A DNA stretch of 64,000 nt from an uncultured Acidobacteriota bacterium (GTDB lineage Bacteria; Acidobacteriota; Thermoanaerobaculia; Multivoradales; UBA5704), in the NCBI GenBank assembly GCA_963770895.1, contig CAVYRF010000002.1, forward strand, positions 1 through 64,000. The letters run 5' to 3'. Made by a program: the position numbers and the translations under genes. The notes beneath the pieces were generated by a model. That model was given only the letters and a program-made list of their open reading frames with translations, was not told where the DNA came from and made no database searches. Shown piece by piece: positions 49,090 to 58,750 of this stretch. Positions within the stretch are counted from its first letter, which is position 1. Each line of letters begins with the position of its first letter.

Positions 49090-51492
49090 ATGGCGAAAGC
49101 CTGGCGTTCCGTGGGCCTTGGGGCTCTCCTCCCCGCTCTCCTCGCAGCAGTCTTCCTGGTCCTCCTCCCTGCCGCCGGCCTGGCCCAAGAGGCGAGCATC
49201 GCCGGCCGCGTCATCGATCCTGACGGTCGGGGCGTCCCGGCCGCCGTGGTGAGCCTTGTCGACGCCGGGGGGAAGCAGGCGGCACACGCCGCGACCGGCA
49301 ATGACGGACGCTTTGCACTCAAAGGCCTCCGCCCGGGCCCCTACACCTTGAACGTCAACCTTTCGGGATTCGAGCCTGTCGCCCAGACGCTAAGCCTCCA
49401 GGGCGCCATCACCCTTGAGATCCCGCTGCGGCTCGCCTCCTTCAATGAGACCGTGGTCGTGACCTCTCGACAGGACAGCCTTTTGGGGGTCGCCGAGTCG
49501 GCGGGGCAAGGAGTGACCGGCGCAGCGGACCTGGCCGATCGCCCGATCCTCAGGAGCGGCGAGATCCTCGAGACGGTTCCCGGGGTCATCATCACGCAGC
49601 ATGCCGGGGGCGGCAAGGCCAACCAATACTTCCTGCGGGGCTTCAACCTCGACCACGGCACGGATATCGCGGTCTTCCTCGACGACATGCCCCTGAACCT
49701 CCCGTCCCACGCTCACGGCGAGGGCTATTCCGATATGAACGTGGTCATCCCCGAGCTCGTCGAGACCGTGAACTACGACAAGGGTCCCTACGCAGCCGAC
49801 GTGGGCAACTTCGGCTCGGCAGCAAGCGCTCACCTCCAGTTCTTCAAGACCCTGCCCGCGGACTTCGTGACCGTGGAAGGGGGGATGTACACATTCGGCA
49901 GGATCGTCGGCGGTGCGTCGCGCGCCGTGGGCGACGGCAGCCTGCTCGTCGGTGGCGAGGCCTACTATGACGACGGACCCTGGACTCACCCGGATGGCTA
50001 TGGGAAGTTCAACGGCCTGGTCACCTACAGCCAGGGGGATGGCCAGGATGGATTCAGCCTCACCGCGCGCGGCTACCATGGCAAGTGGAGCTCCAGCGAC
50101 CAGATCCCCGAAAGCTTCGGCGCCGACCATTTCTTCGGCACCGTGAACCCGACGGACGGCGGGAACTCCGACCGCTTCAGCCTGCAGGGAGAGTGGCACC
50201 ATGCGAACGCCGACTCCGCGACGAGCATCATGCTCTACGGCTTCCGCTACGATCTCGACCTGTTCTCGGATTTCACCTACTACCTGACCGACCCCCAACG
50301 CGGCGACCAGTTCGAGCAGCAGGACGGCCGCTGGGTGGGCGGACTCGACGCCCACCACACGCTGTTCAGCGAATGGTGGGGCCGGCCGGTGGAAAATACG
50401 ATCGGCGTGCAAGTCCGCAACGATTGGATCGACAACGGGCTCTACCAGACCGAAGACCGGGTCCGCGTGAACAAGCTGGACGCCGCGACCGGCACGATCC
50501 TGCCCGCGACAACCGAAGCGGACGACTTCACCGACCTGCAGGCCGGGATCTACGCCGAAAACCAGATCCAATGGTTCGACAAGCTCCGCACGGTCGCCGC
50601 CCTCCGCGGGGACGTCGACTTCTTTGACGTCACCTCGCTCGTCAACCCTGCAAACTCGGGCACCTCGACGACGGTTCTCCCCAGCCCGAAGCTGAAGGTG
50701 GTCCTCGGCCCCTGGAGCCAGACCGAGGTCTACCTCGATGGGGGTTTCAGCTTCCACAGCAACGACGGCCGAGGCGCGACCCAGACCGTCGAGCCCGTCT
50801 CGGCCGACAATCCGTATCCCGGCACCCCCTCCGCCAAGATCCCCGGGCTCATCCAGACGAAGGGCGCGGAAGTGGGAGTCCGGACCCTCGCCGTTTCCCA
50901 CCTCCAGTCCACCGTGACCCTCTGGTACCTCCACAGCGACTCCGAGCTCGAACAGGACGGGGACACCGGCGGCACCGTGGCCTCGAAGGAGCCCAGCAAC
51001 CGCTACGGAGTCGAGTGGGCGAACTACCTCTCCCTGAGCCGCCACGTCGCCCTCGATCTCGACCTCGCCGATTCGACCGCCCGCTTCACCGCCGTCGACG
51101 CCGCCGACGCCGCGCCCGGAAGCCCTGGGGGCACGCGGGTGCCCGAGGCCGTGGGCGTGGTCGTCTCCTCGGGTCTCACCCTCCACAATCTCGGGCGCTT
51201 CTCCGGCAGCCTCAGGCTCCGCTACTTCGGACCGCGCGACCTGACCTCGGACGGAATCTATCGCTCACCGCAAACCCTCCTGCTGAACGCCGGCATCGCC
51301 GCGGACCTCAGTCCCCGCTGGGCCGTCAAGGTAGAAGTCCTCAATCTGCTCAACCGGCGAGATCACGACATCGACTACGCCTACCTCTCCCAGGTCTCGC
51401 CCACCTCGCCAGCAACCTTCCAGGACGTCTTCCATCCCGAGGAGCCCCTGCAACTACGGGTGTCCCTGACAGCCCGCTTCCCTCACGGCTGA
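49090..51492 (+). CDS. TonB-dependent receptor
   Basis: Signal peptide, carboxypeptidase-regulatory N-domain, ETVVVT TonB box, plug TQHAGGGKANQYFLRGFNLDHGTD, beta-barrel; start uncertain. Confidence 0.9.
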   Translation: MAKAWRSVGLGALLPALLAAVFLVLLPAAGLAQEASIAGRVIDPDGRGVPAAVVSLVDAGGKQAAHAATGNDGRFALKGLRPGPYTLNVNLSGFEPVAQTLSLQGAITLEIPLRLASFNETVVVTSRQDSLLGVAESAGQGVTGAADLADRPILRSGEILETVPGVIITQHAGGGKANQYFLRGFNLDHGTDIAVFLDDMPLNLPSHAHGEGYSDMNVVIPELVETVNYDKGPYAADVGNFGSAASAHLQFFKTLPADFVTVEGGMYTFGRIVGGASRAVGDGSLLVGGEAYYDDGPWTHPDGYGKFNGLVTYSQGDGQDGFSLTARGYHGKWSSSDQIPESFGADHFFGTVNPTDGGNSDRFSLQGEWHHANADSATSIMLYGFRYDLDLFSDFTYYLTDPQRGDQFEQQDGRWVGGLDAHHTLFSEWWGRPVENTIGVQVRNDWIDNGLYQTEDRVRVNKLDAATGTILPATTEADDFTDLQAGIYAENQIQWFDKLRTVAALRGDVDFFDVTSLVNPANSGTSTTVLPSPKLKVVLGPWSQTEVYLDGGFSFHSNDGRGATQTVEPVSADNPYPGTPSAKIPGLIQTKGAEVGVRTLAVSHLQSTVTLWYLHSDSELEQDGDTGGTVASKEPSNRYGVEWANYLSLSRHVALDLDLADSTARFTAVDAADAAPGSPGGTRVPEAVGVVVSSGLTLHNLGRFSGSLRLRYFGPRDLTSDGIYRSPQTLLLNAGIAADLSPRWAVKVEVLNLLNRRDHDIDYAYLSQVSPTSPATFQDVFHPEEPLQLRVSLTARFPHG

Positions 51493-51525
51493 ACAAGATC
51501 CGGCGGATGGTGTCTACAGGGCTGC

Positions 51526-53406
51526 ATGCACTACGAAGACTTCGTCCTGCAGCTCGAGGCAAGCTCGCGCGGCGGCTACTCGGCGCGAGTGCTCAAGTCG
51601 CCTTTCGGCGAGGGCGCCACCAGCTTCGTGCTGCCCGCGATTGCCCAGACAGGCCTGGCAGGCGGCATCAGGTTGCGCGCACCGGAGGACGATCCCTCCC
51701 CGCCGGCGGCCGACCCGAGAAGGGTCGAACCGTCGCCGACCGAGATCGGTACCGAGCTCTATCGTGCCGTCTTCCAGGGGCCGGTGCGGTCGCTGCTCGA
51801 CAAGAGCCGCGGCCAGCTCGAGCGGTCGCCGCAATCCGGCCTGCGCCTCAAGATCAAGCTCGACCTGGGCGACCCCGATACGGCGGCGCTCGCCGATCTG
51901 CCCTGGGAGCTGCTCTGCGACAGCGAGACCGAGGACTTCTTCGCGCTGTCGCGGCAGACGTCGCTGGTGCGGTACCTGGACGTGCCGCGGATGTCGCAGC
52001 CGATCCCCTTCACGCCCCCCCTGCGCATCCTGGCGGTCAGCGCCAGCCCCGATTCGATGCCGCCGCTCGACCTGGCCGAGGAGGCGCGTCGCCTCGAAGC
52101 GCTGCGCCAGAGCGGCCTGCCGATCGAGGTGAAGCACCTGGTCAACGCGTCCGCCGGGGCCATGCGCGAAGCGCTGGTGAGCGGAACCTGGCACGTGATG
52201 CACTTCATGGGCCACGGCCACTTCGATCGGGCGACGGGCGAGGGCATGCTGGCTTTCGAGCGAGCGGACGGCCGCGGCGATCTGGTGAGCGGCAGGGCTT
52301 TTGCCACCAAGCTCAAGGATCTCAGCTCGCTTGGCGTGGTGGTGCTCAACGCCTGCAACACGGCGCGCGCCGGCCGCCAGGGCGAAGTGAACCCCTTTCA
52401 CGGCGTTGCCACGGCGCTGGTTCTGGGCGGCGTGCGCGCCGTCGTCGCCATGCAGCGGCCGATCCCCGACCGCGCCGCGATCGCCTTCAGCACCGCCTTC
52501 TACCGCCACCTGGCGCGCGGCGATTCGATCGACGAGGCGCTGATCGAGGGGCGTCAGGCCATCCATTCCGCCGCGCCGGAAACCTTCGCCTGGGCGATAC
52601 CGGTCCTCTTTCTGCGCACCCCGGAAGGCAACGTCTTCACAGCGCAGCCCAACGCCGCGGTCCCGCCCCAGCCGACGGCGGCCGAGCCGGCGCGGCCTGG
52701 CGGTTCTCCGGCGCCCGGCGTGCGCGGCAAGCTGCTCCGGATCGGCGCCGGCGCCGGCGTCGCGGGGCTGATCGCGTACGGTATCTCTGCGGGGATCGGG
52801 CGGTCGCCCCAGGCACCTGCCCCCGATCTGAAAGCCAACGCCATCACTCTGCCACCGGTTCCGGCAGCGGGACCGACCAACCCTACCCACCAGGACCCTG
52901 CGCCGCCAAAGACATCTGCCAGGGCGCATTCGCAGAGCGTCGATCGGGACGGCCAGTCTCCCTCGACGGGCGCGGCGTCCACCAAGCCCGGCGGCGATGA
53001 CTCGAACGCGCCGGCTCCGGCGCCAACCCCGGCCCCGACACCCGCCGACCTGTCGAATCTTTCGGCACAGGCGATTGCGATCTCTCCCCGGGCCAACGGC
53101 GGTCTGAGCGTGACCGCCAGCTTCAGGAACAGCGGCAGTGCACCGCTGTCGCTGACCCTGGACCTGAGGAACGCTCAGCTGTCGGACGATCAGGGCGAAA
53201 CCTACCTTGCCGTGCACACCACCCTTCCCCTTGCCGCCGGCAACCCACGCCTCGATCTCGCGCCCGGCGCCTCCAAGAACGCCCAGTTCGACTTTCCTAA
53301 ATACAGGCCCGGCAGCAAGACGTTCGGGCTCTCCCTCGTCACGACGGACAAGGATCCGATTTTCGTCAGCGGCAAGCTACCCCTGCCCCTTGAGAACCCG
53401 CCTTAG
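51526..53406 (+). CDS. Membrane-anchored CHAT-domain protein
   Basis: LPWELL, HFMGHG, VVLNACNT, VVAMQ, WAIPVLF; TM, Pro-rich linker, Ig-like C-domain. Confidence 0.88.
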   Translation: MHYEDFVLQLEASSRGGYSARVLKSPFGEGATSFVLPAIAQTGLAGGIRLRAPEDDPSPPAADPRRVEPSPTEIGTELYRAVFQGPVRSLLDKSRGQLERSPQSGLRLKIKLDLGDPDTAALADLPWELLCDSETEDFFALSRQTSLVRYLDVPRMSQPIPFTPPLRILAVSASPDSMPPLDLAEEARRLEALRQSGLPIEVKHLVNASAGAMREALVSGTWHVMHFMGHGHFDRATGEGMLAFERADGRGDLVSGRAFATKLKDLSSLGVVVLNACNTARAGRQGEVNPFHGVATALVLGGVRAVVAMQRPIPDRAAIAFSTAFYRHLARGDSIDEALIEGRQAIHSAAPETFAWAIPVLFLRTPEGNVFTAQPNAAVPPQPTAAEPARPGGSPAPGVRGKLLRIGAGAGVAGLIAYGISAGIGRSPQAPAPDLKANAITLPPVPAAGPTNPTHQDPAPPKTSARAHSQSVDRDGQSPSTGAASTKPGGDDSNAPAPAPTPAPTPADLSNLSAQAIAISPRANGGLSVTASFRNSGSAPLSLTLDLRNAQLSDDQGETYLAVHTTLPLAAGNPRLDLAPGASKNAQFDFPKYRPGSKTFGLSLVTTDKDPIFVSGKLPLPLENPP

Positions 53407-53536
53407 GGACCAGAAGGATGGCACCCTTTCTTTTGCATGGGCGCAACCGATGGAGCAGGCGCAGATCGCTGCAAAGCGCGCCGGGTGGCGTCGCCAGCCA
53501 CCCGAGCGGCCTTAGGGCTGGTGCTGCAGCGACGGC

Positions 53537-54832
53537 TCAGTGGTCGGGGCTCGCCTCCGCCGCGAGGCACTCGGGCCTTTCCGGCGTCGGTGCCGCTTTC
53601 GAATCGACCTCGACGCGGTCGCCCACGTTGATCTCCAGGGCCTTTTCGGCCACATGCGCCACTGAAAAGTTTGCGTCGGTCTTGTAGACCGTGATCGTGC
53701 CGTTTCCGCGCGTGTCTTCACCGATGATGGTATGCGTTTCCGGGTCGACGACCTTCCTGATGACGGACTTCACGCGCAGCATGGCGCCCACGGTCATCCC
53801 CCCCTGGCTGCCGCTGTTCACATAGTAGTCCGGAGGGAATTTTGCAACGATGCTCCCATTCCACTGTCGAGACTTGAGATATTTGGCGATCTCGTAGGCG
53901 GCCTTGTTGGTGCACGCCGCGACCGCATAATTGACCGGCAGCTTGCCTGAGGTTGCGCTGCCGCCTGTACCCCCCAGATCGACGTGCGACTCGCCCAGCC
54001 GCGCCCGCTGCGCCGTCGTATAGAGCACCTGGCCGCTGCCGACGTCGGCCAGGGTGAAGGTGATGGCAACCTCGGCGGTGCTCTTGCCCATCGTGGGCTG
54101 CCCCAGCAGGTTGGCGCCCGGAATGTGGCTCAGCAGACCCTGCCCGCCCGTCGAGCTGCTGGTGCGGTCCGGCGTCCACTCGTTGACCGTGGCGTAGACC
54201 AGGTACTGCACCCCCAGCACCCTGCCGGCGTTCTGCTCCGGCGTCGGCGGCGGCGAGTGGAGTGCGGCGGCGCCCTTGCGCGTCTGGCGCTTGCTCTCCT
54301 CGGTTTTGACCGGGGTCGGTTCCTCCGACGGAGGGAGCGCCACCGTGTCGGTGCGGGTCTGCTGCCGCTTGATTTCGTCGACTCGTTGCTGCTCGATGAC
54401 GTCGAAGCGCCGGGTGTTGTAGAGCGCTGCCGTCAGCATCTCCTGGATGCCCGCCGCCGGCACTGCCAGCCGTTCCTTGCCATCAGCGCTATCGGCCTCG
54501 GCCGCCTTGTTGACCACCGAGAGGACGCCGAGCCGGATGCGCGGTCCCGGATTGTAGGTGAACTGCAGCCCCAACCAATCCTCGTCGTGCTCCGAGTTGA
54601 GCGTGTTGCGCACCGGTGCCAACGTCCCATCCGGGCCCTTGAAGTAGGCGATCCAGGAGCTGTCACTGATGCAGCTCTTGACGATCTCCGGGTCCAGCTT
54701 CTTGGGGCCTTGAGCGTCCTTTTTATCGTCGTGTTGATTGCCGCCGCCGGGCCAGCCATAAGCAGGCAGACCGTTGGCGAGCAGCAGCCAGACGAGCGAG
54801 CACCCTGCAACCAAACGCCACCGTTCCCTCAT
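53537..54832 (-). CDS. CsgG/HfaB-family protein with FlgT-like C-terminus
   Basis: Signal peptide; GIQEMLTAALYNTRRFDVIE, LGVQYLVYATVNEW, VVDPET..IG; AGGAAGGA SD. Confidence 0.78.
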   Translation of the reverse strand: MRERWRLVAGCSLVWLLLANGLPAYGWPGGGNQHDDKKDAQGPKKLDPEIVKSCISDSSWIAYFKGPDGTLAPVRNTLNSEHDEDWLGLQFTYNPGPRIRLGVLSVVNKAAEADSADGKERLAVPAAGIQEMLTAALYNTRRFDVIEQQRVDEIKRQQTRTDTVALPPSEEPTPVKTEESKRQTRKGAAALHSPPPTPEQNAGRVLGVQYLVYATVNEWTPDRTSSSTGGQGLLSHIPGANLLGQPTMGKSTAEVAITFTLADVGSGQVLYTTAQRARLGESHVDLGGTGGSATSGKLPVNYAVAACTNKAAYEIAKYLKSRQWNGSIVAKFPPDYYVNSGSQGGMTVGAMLRVKSVIRKVVDPETHTIIGEDTRGNGTITVYKTDANFSVAHVAEKALEINVGDRVEVDSKAAPTPERPECLAAEASPDH

Positions 54833-55029
54833 ATCCTTCCTCCTCCAGAGAGCCTCCTGGCGCGCCGCGCCGCGGTCCGGTGCCGCAGACGCTGCCGGTA
54901 GCCAGGCGACCGACGTCCCGCGGAAGAGACACGGTGAAAGTGGGATTGTTGAGGGCACCGCGGCGGATCGTTGCCCATCCATCGCCCGCCGCGCAGGCCG
55001 CTGCCGCAGGTGGCGGGACTCAGCCTCGC

Positions 55030-55950
55030 TCATGCACATGCGGCACCGATCGGGTCTTCGAATTCGCCGTGGTGCCGCAGCAGGCGGTCCGTCAGGGTGC
55101 GGGCCAGCTCTTCGAACGGCTGCGCCGCCAGGGGGCAGAGGCTGTGTGCGCGCTCCAGCCATACGCTTTCGGCGTCTCCGGCCAGCCGCGCCTCGATCTC
55201 GGCGCAGCTCAGGGCGATGCGCGCCGCCACCGTCGGGGCCAGCACGGAATCGAGCAGCTTCCAGGCACGCTCCAGATTGCGCCGCGCCGGCAGCAGGTCG
55301 TTGGTTGTAAGCAGGATGAAGCCGATCTCGGCCAGGCAGGCCGCGGTGGGCAGCGTCGCTCCGGCGTGCGCAAACGCGAAGGCCGCCTGCCGGTAGTGCG
55401 CCACGGCCTCGTCCCACGCGCCCACCTGCTGGTCGACCTGCGCCCAGCCGGCGGCGGCCAGCGCCTTTTCCTCGCTGGGCTCCTCGGGGTCGTCCAGGAA
55501 CGCGACGATCTCCGCAAACGACTGCACCGCGCCCGCCAGGTCGCCGCGATGGAGGCGGGCCTTGCCCAGCAGCCAGTGCGCCAGCGCCCCCGCCCGCCCG
55601 ACGCGGCCCCGCGGGTCGCGCGGCAGGCAGGCGGCCAGGACCGTCGCGGCTTCGGCCTCCTGTTCGCCCACCTCGCGGCCCCGTGGCTGCAGCAGCGCGC
55701 TTTCGGCTTCCAGGTTGAACAGAGTCAGCAGGGTCCGGCGATGGAATCGCGCTTCGTGCCGTACCGCCTGCAGGCGGTCCACCCGCGGCATGGCCATCAG
55801 CTCCTTGGCCAGTACCGCGGCCTCCTGAGCCCTGGCCATCAGATCGGCCATTGGGGACGCGCCCCCACGGTCGCGCCCCGCGGCGAGGAAGGGGTATCGC
55901 GGCGTCGCGCCGGGGAAGTCGCTGCGCTCGGAACTGCGATTTCGTGCCAT
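55030..55950 (-). CDS. TPR-like hypothetical protein
   Basis: AGGAG upstream; helical repeats (LAHWLLGKARL, EAVAHYRQAA, LAEIGFIL). Confidence 0.65.
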   Translation of the reverse strand: MARNRSSERSDFPGATPRYPFLAAGRDRGGASPMADLMARAQEAAVLAKELMAMPRVDRLQAVRHEARFHRRTLLTLFNLEAESALLQPRGREVGEQEAEAATVLAACLPRDPRGRVGRAGALAHWLLGKARLHRGDLAGAVQSFAEIVAFLDDPEEPSEEKALAAAGWAQVDQQVGAWDEAVAHYRQAAFAFAHAGATLPTAACLAEIGFILLTTNDLLPARRNLERAWKLLDSVLAPTVAARIALSCAEIEARLAGDAESVWLERAHSLCPLAAQPFEELARTLTDRLLRHHGEFEDPIGAACA

Positions 55951-56021
55951 GGCAATGTCCCCACAGGAGAAGAGGGGGTCGGAGATGGCCAGGCAGCGGC
56001 CGGCTCGCGGCCTCCGTACCT

Positions 56022-56435
56022 TCAAGACACATCGGAGGTGTCCAGTGGGGGTGTGTTGCAGGGATCGGCGGCCGCAGCGACCCGGCGCATCGACACCTCG
56101 ACCTCCGCATCCTGCGCAAGCTGGAGCTGCCACCACGCCTCCCCTGCCAGGCGCGCACCAGCGTCGCCCGCCCGCGCATCCGCGGAAAAACTCAACAGCT
56201 GGTGCTCCGCGAACGCCGCAGCCTCGCGCACGATCACCAGGGCCAGCTGGGCGAGCCGGCCGGCCGCCGCCGGATCCTCGCGCGCCTCGCCGCCACTCTT
56301 GACCTGGAGCAGGCGGCAGAGTCCCCAGGTGTGGAATGTCTCATCCACCGCGGCGGCCCGCAGCTGCTCGTCGAAGGAGAGCGGCGCCAGCCGCCCCCAC
56401 AGGTCGGGCGCCGCCGGCCCACTCGGTCGCGGCAT
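56022..56435 (-). pseudogene. Fragment of a related TPR-like protein
   Basis: FHTWGLCRLL..S..EAREDPAAAGRLAQLALVI resembles the N-terminal part of the neighbour; short. Confidence 0.4.
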
Positions 56436-56683
56436 GTGTCCACCGCTGAGAATGCCGTACCGAGCCAGCTGACAGGTGCTAATCAGATATGCAGAGGAAG
56501 GTTACTTTGCATCATTGCGCCCCAAGGACACAGCGGCAGCGTCCTTCTCGGGCGTCACCACCTGCAGCGTTATGGCGCCCGTCAGCATGGCGACGACCTG
56601 GAAGACCTGCTGGTTAGTGTCCCGAGGGAGCTTTGGGGGCCTGCTTGTGCGGTCTGGCAGGGGTAACGCCCCCGGTTTGGTAG

Positions 56684-56935
56684 CTAGAGGCCGAAGTACC
56701 CCTTGGCGCAATTCTCGATTCCAAAGAAGCGCGCCATCTTTATGGCGTGCTGGACTTCAATCTCGGGGTTTGCGCGAGTCTTCCCGTGCTTTCCCCTCGG
56801 CAGTCCACGGTAGGTTCTACCCTTTGCATCCAAGACCCATATCTTGTGCTCCTTCGATACCATCCGCGTTCCTGGCAAGCATTCGTCCAGCATTGCCTGG
56901 ATTTCCGAAAGCTTTACCTGGAACGTGGATCGCAT
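56684..56935 (-). CDS. HicA-like putative toxin (83 aa, basic)
   Basis: Size and pattern KEH..W...LP..KH...EI...IKMARFFGI resemble HicA; paired with a HicB-like gene. Confidence 0.55.
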   Translation of the reverse strand: MRSTFQVKLSEIQAMLDECLPGTRMVSKEHKIWVLDAKGRTYRGLPRGKHGKTRANPEIEVQHAIKMARFFGIENCAKGYFGL

Positions 56936-56948
56936 TCCAGAGCTTGTG

Positions 56949-57413
56949 CTAGGCCGCTAGCGCTTCTTCGTGGACCTCTGGCTTCTTCGGCGCGAGTGTC
57001 TGGTGCTCCAGCGGCACCACTTGGATGCCGATGTACGACTCTGACGGGCGCCTCCCCATGTCCTTCAGGTCGACCTCGCCGGCCCGGACTTGGAGCACGG
57101 CCTCCTCCCACTCCCTGAGCGCCGTCATATTGGTGTCGAAGAAGAAGCGCTCCGCTGCCGCCTTGAAGCTCGCGAAGTCCTCCTCGCCTTCGGCGATGTC
57201 CAGCAACACTTCGTAGTAGCTCTTGCTCAGCGCACCGAGGGCGCTGGGTACGGAGTCGCCTCTTTCGGCGAAACCGCCGGGGCTCACCGCTTCGGCCCAG
57301 AATTCGCCATCCTCGCCCGTCACGAGGATGCGACCGGCCACGATCACTCCGGCTGTGAAGTGCCCGTTTCTCACGAGGTCGCGACGCGAGAAGAGGATCG
57401 GGTAGTGCGTCAT
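56949..57413 (-). CDS. HicB-like putative antitoxin (154 aa, acidic)
   Basis: EDGEFWAEAVSPGGFAERGDSVPSAL resembles the HicB core; GGAG SD. Confidence 0.6.
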   Translation of the reverse strand: MTHYPILFSRRDLVRNGHFTAGVIVAGRILVTGEDGEFWAEAVSPGGFAERGDSVPSALGALSKSYYEVLLDIAEGEEDFASFKAAAERFFFDTNMTALREWEEAVLQVRAGEVDLKDMGRRPSESYIGIQVVPLEHQTLAPKKPEVHEEALAA

Positions 57414-57774
57414 GATCGATGATTCTCCAATAGTCCCATAGCCCCCTTCGGGAAGGAGGACACAAGGGAAGGTGCAACAGGCGCGCCATCGCGAGACAGC
57501 GCCGAGGCATCAGGAATCCTAAAATGCTTCCGTAGCATCTTATATTGGGTGTGACATTCCCGTCAATGCCCCACCTGGCCAGTCTTCGGGCTGGCCTATT
57601 GCCCGTGCGGGGCAACCTAATACTACTAGACGTAACGGGAGCCGTTTTTCTTCCCAGAACGGGCCGATCCGGGCGATTGAGTCGGTTCCCCATTCGGCCG
57701 CGTGTCCGTCTCGACGAGCCTCGGCATGGGCGAGCGAGAGCGAGCGGGCAGCCTTGAAGACGCCGGCAGCGGAA

Positions 57775-57936
57775 ATGAGCTGGGTCCTCGCCGCTGCTGG
57801 GATCGAGCGCGAAACCCTGGTGAGCTTGCGCCTCTTCCTGGATGCCGCCCGTCAGGAGGCGGCCACGGTTGAGCAAGCGCGCGCAGCGCTGCGGCTCCTC
57901 GGTCGGTCACCCCATCTTGGCGTCCCTGCACCCTGA
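57775..57936 (+). pseudogene. Possible C-terminal remnant of a TPR protein
   Basis: GIERETLVSLRLFLDAARQEAATVEQAR resembles C-termini of acidobacterial TPR proteins (recollection only). Confidence 0.3.
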
Positions 57937-58750
57937 GTGCGCGATCCAGCCGTCGTGGTCGCAGCCGCGGGCGGGCCGCTCGGCAGATGATCTCGATGTT
58001 GGGGCACGATGGGCACGGCATCTCGTGCCCGCCACACTGGATCAACCATGACTCCTTGCTCTCGTCGAATTCGGAGGAGCATTGGCCCGATGGGCTGGTG
58101 CAGGTGCCGGGACAGCTCGGGTCGTTAGGGCAGTGCGCCGTGCAAGCGTTCGGCCGGATTCCCTACGCCCTCATCGCCGCAAGCCCTCCATCCGTGGCAA
58201 GACGCTTCGCCCGCCCCCGGCCCGATTGCGCGCGCGCCGCTAGGCGCGTCGTGATCGGGGCAGCTGTTGAGCGACCCGCATCCGGTGGAGGTGGCGCGAA
58301 GCCCCCGCCAAGAGTCGGACTGCCATCGGCTTTTGCGGGAGCGGGGGCTGTGGGGCCTGGGGAGGTCTGCTGGTGGTGGCTGACGCTTCCTCTCTCCACG
58401 CGGATAGCCGCGGCGCATCCCCCTCAACGTCAGCACTGTGCGGCTCAGGTCCGTTCAAATGCCAGGTACGCCCAGGCCAGGTGCCGCGTCCAGTTCTGGC
58501 GGTGCGGGCAGAGGACGCGCAGGCGGAAGGCGCCGGTGGGAAATTGGCGGGCTACGCCCCAGCTGGTCGCGTAGAGGTGGGCGACGTTGTAGTCGGCGTG
58601 CCCGTAGATTGGCGATTGCCGCTCGGCGCAGAGGCGCTCCGCCCGGTCCCTGGCAAGGGGGCTTGAACCAGGGCCGCAATGGTAGGCTGGACAGGTGCGC
58701 GCGGGCGGCCGGTACTGGCTGCGTGGCGCTTCTTGTAAGGAGTCGCAACG

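Noticed and set aside
53537-56179. 880-aa ORF as a single protein
   Set aside because: Only the part from 54832 is protein-like, with SD and signal peptide; upstream overlaps the TPR gene in another frame
57940-58740. ncRNA or gene in the long intergenic region
   Set aside because: No recognisable RNA motif or convincing ORF by eye
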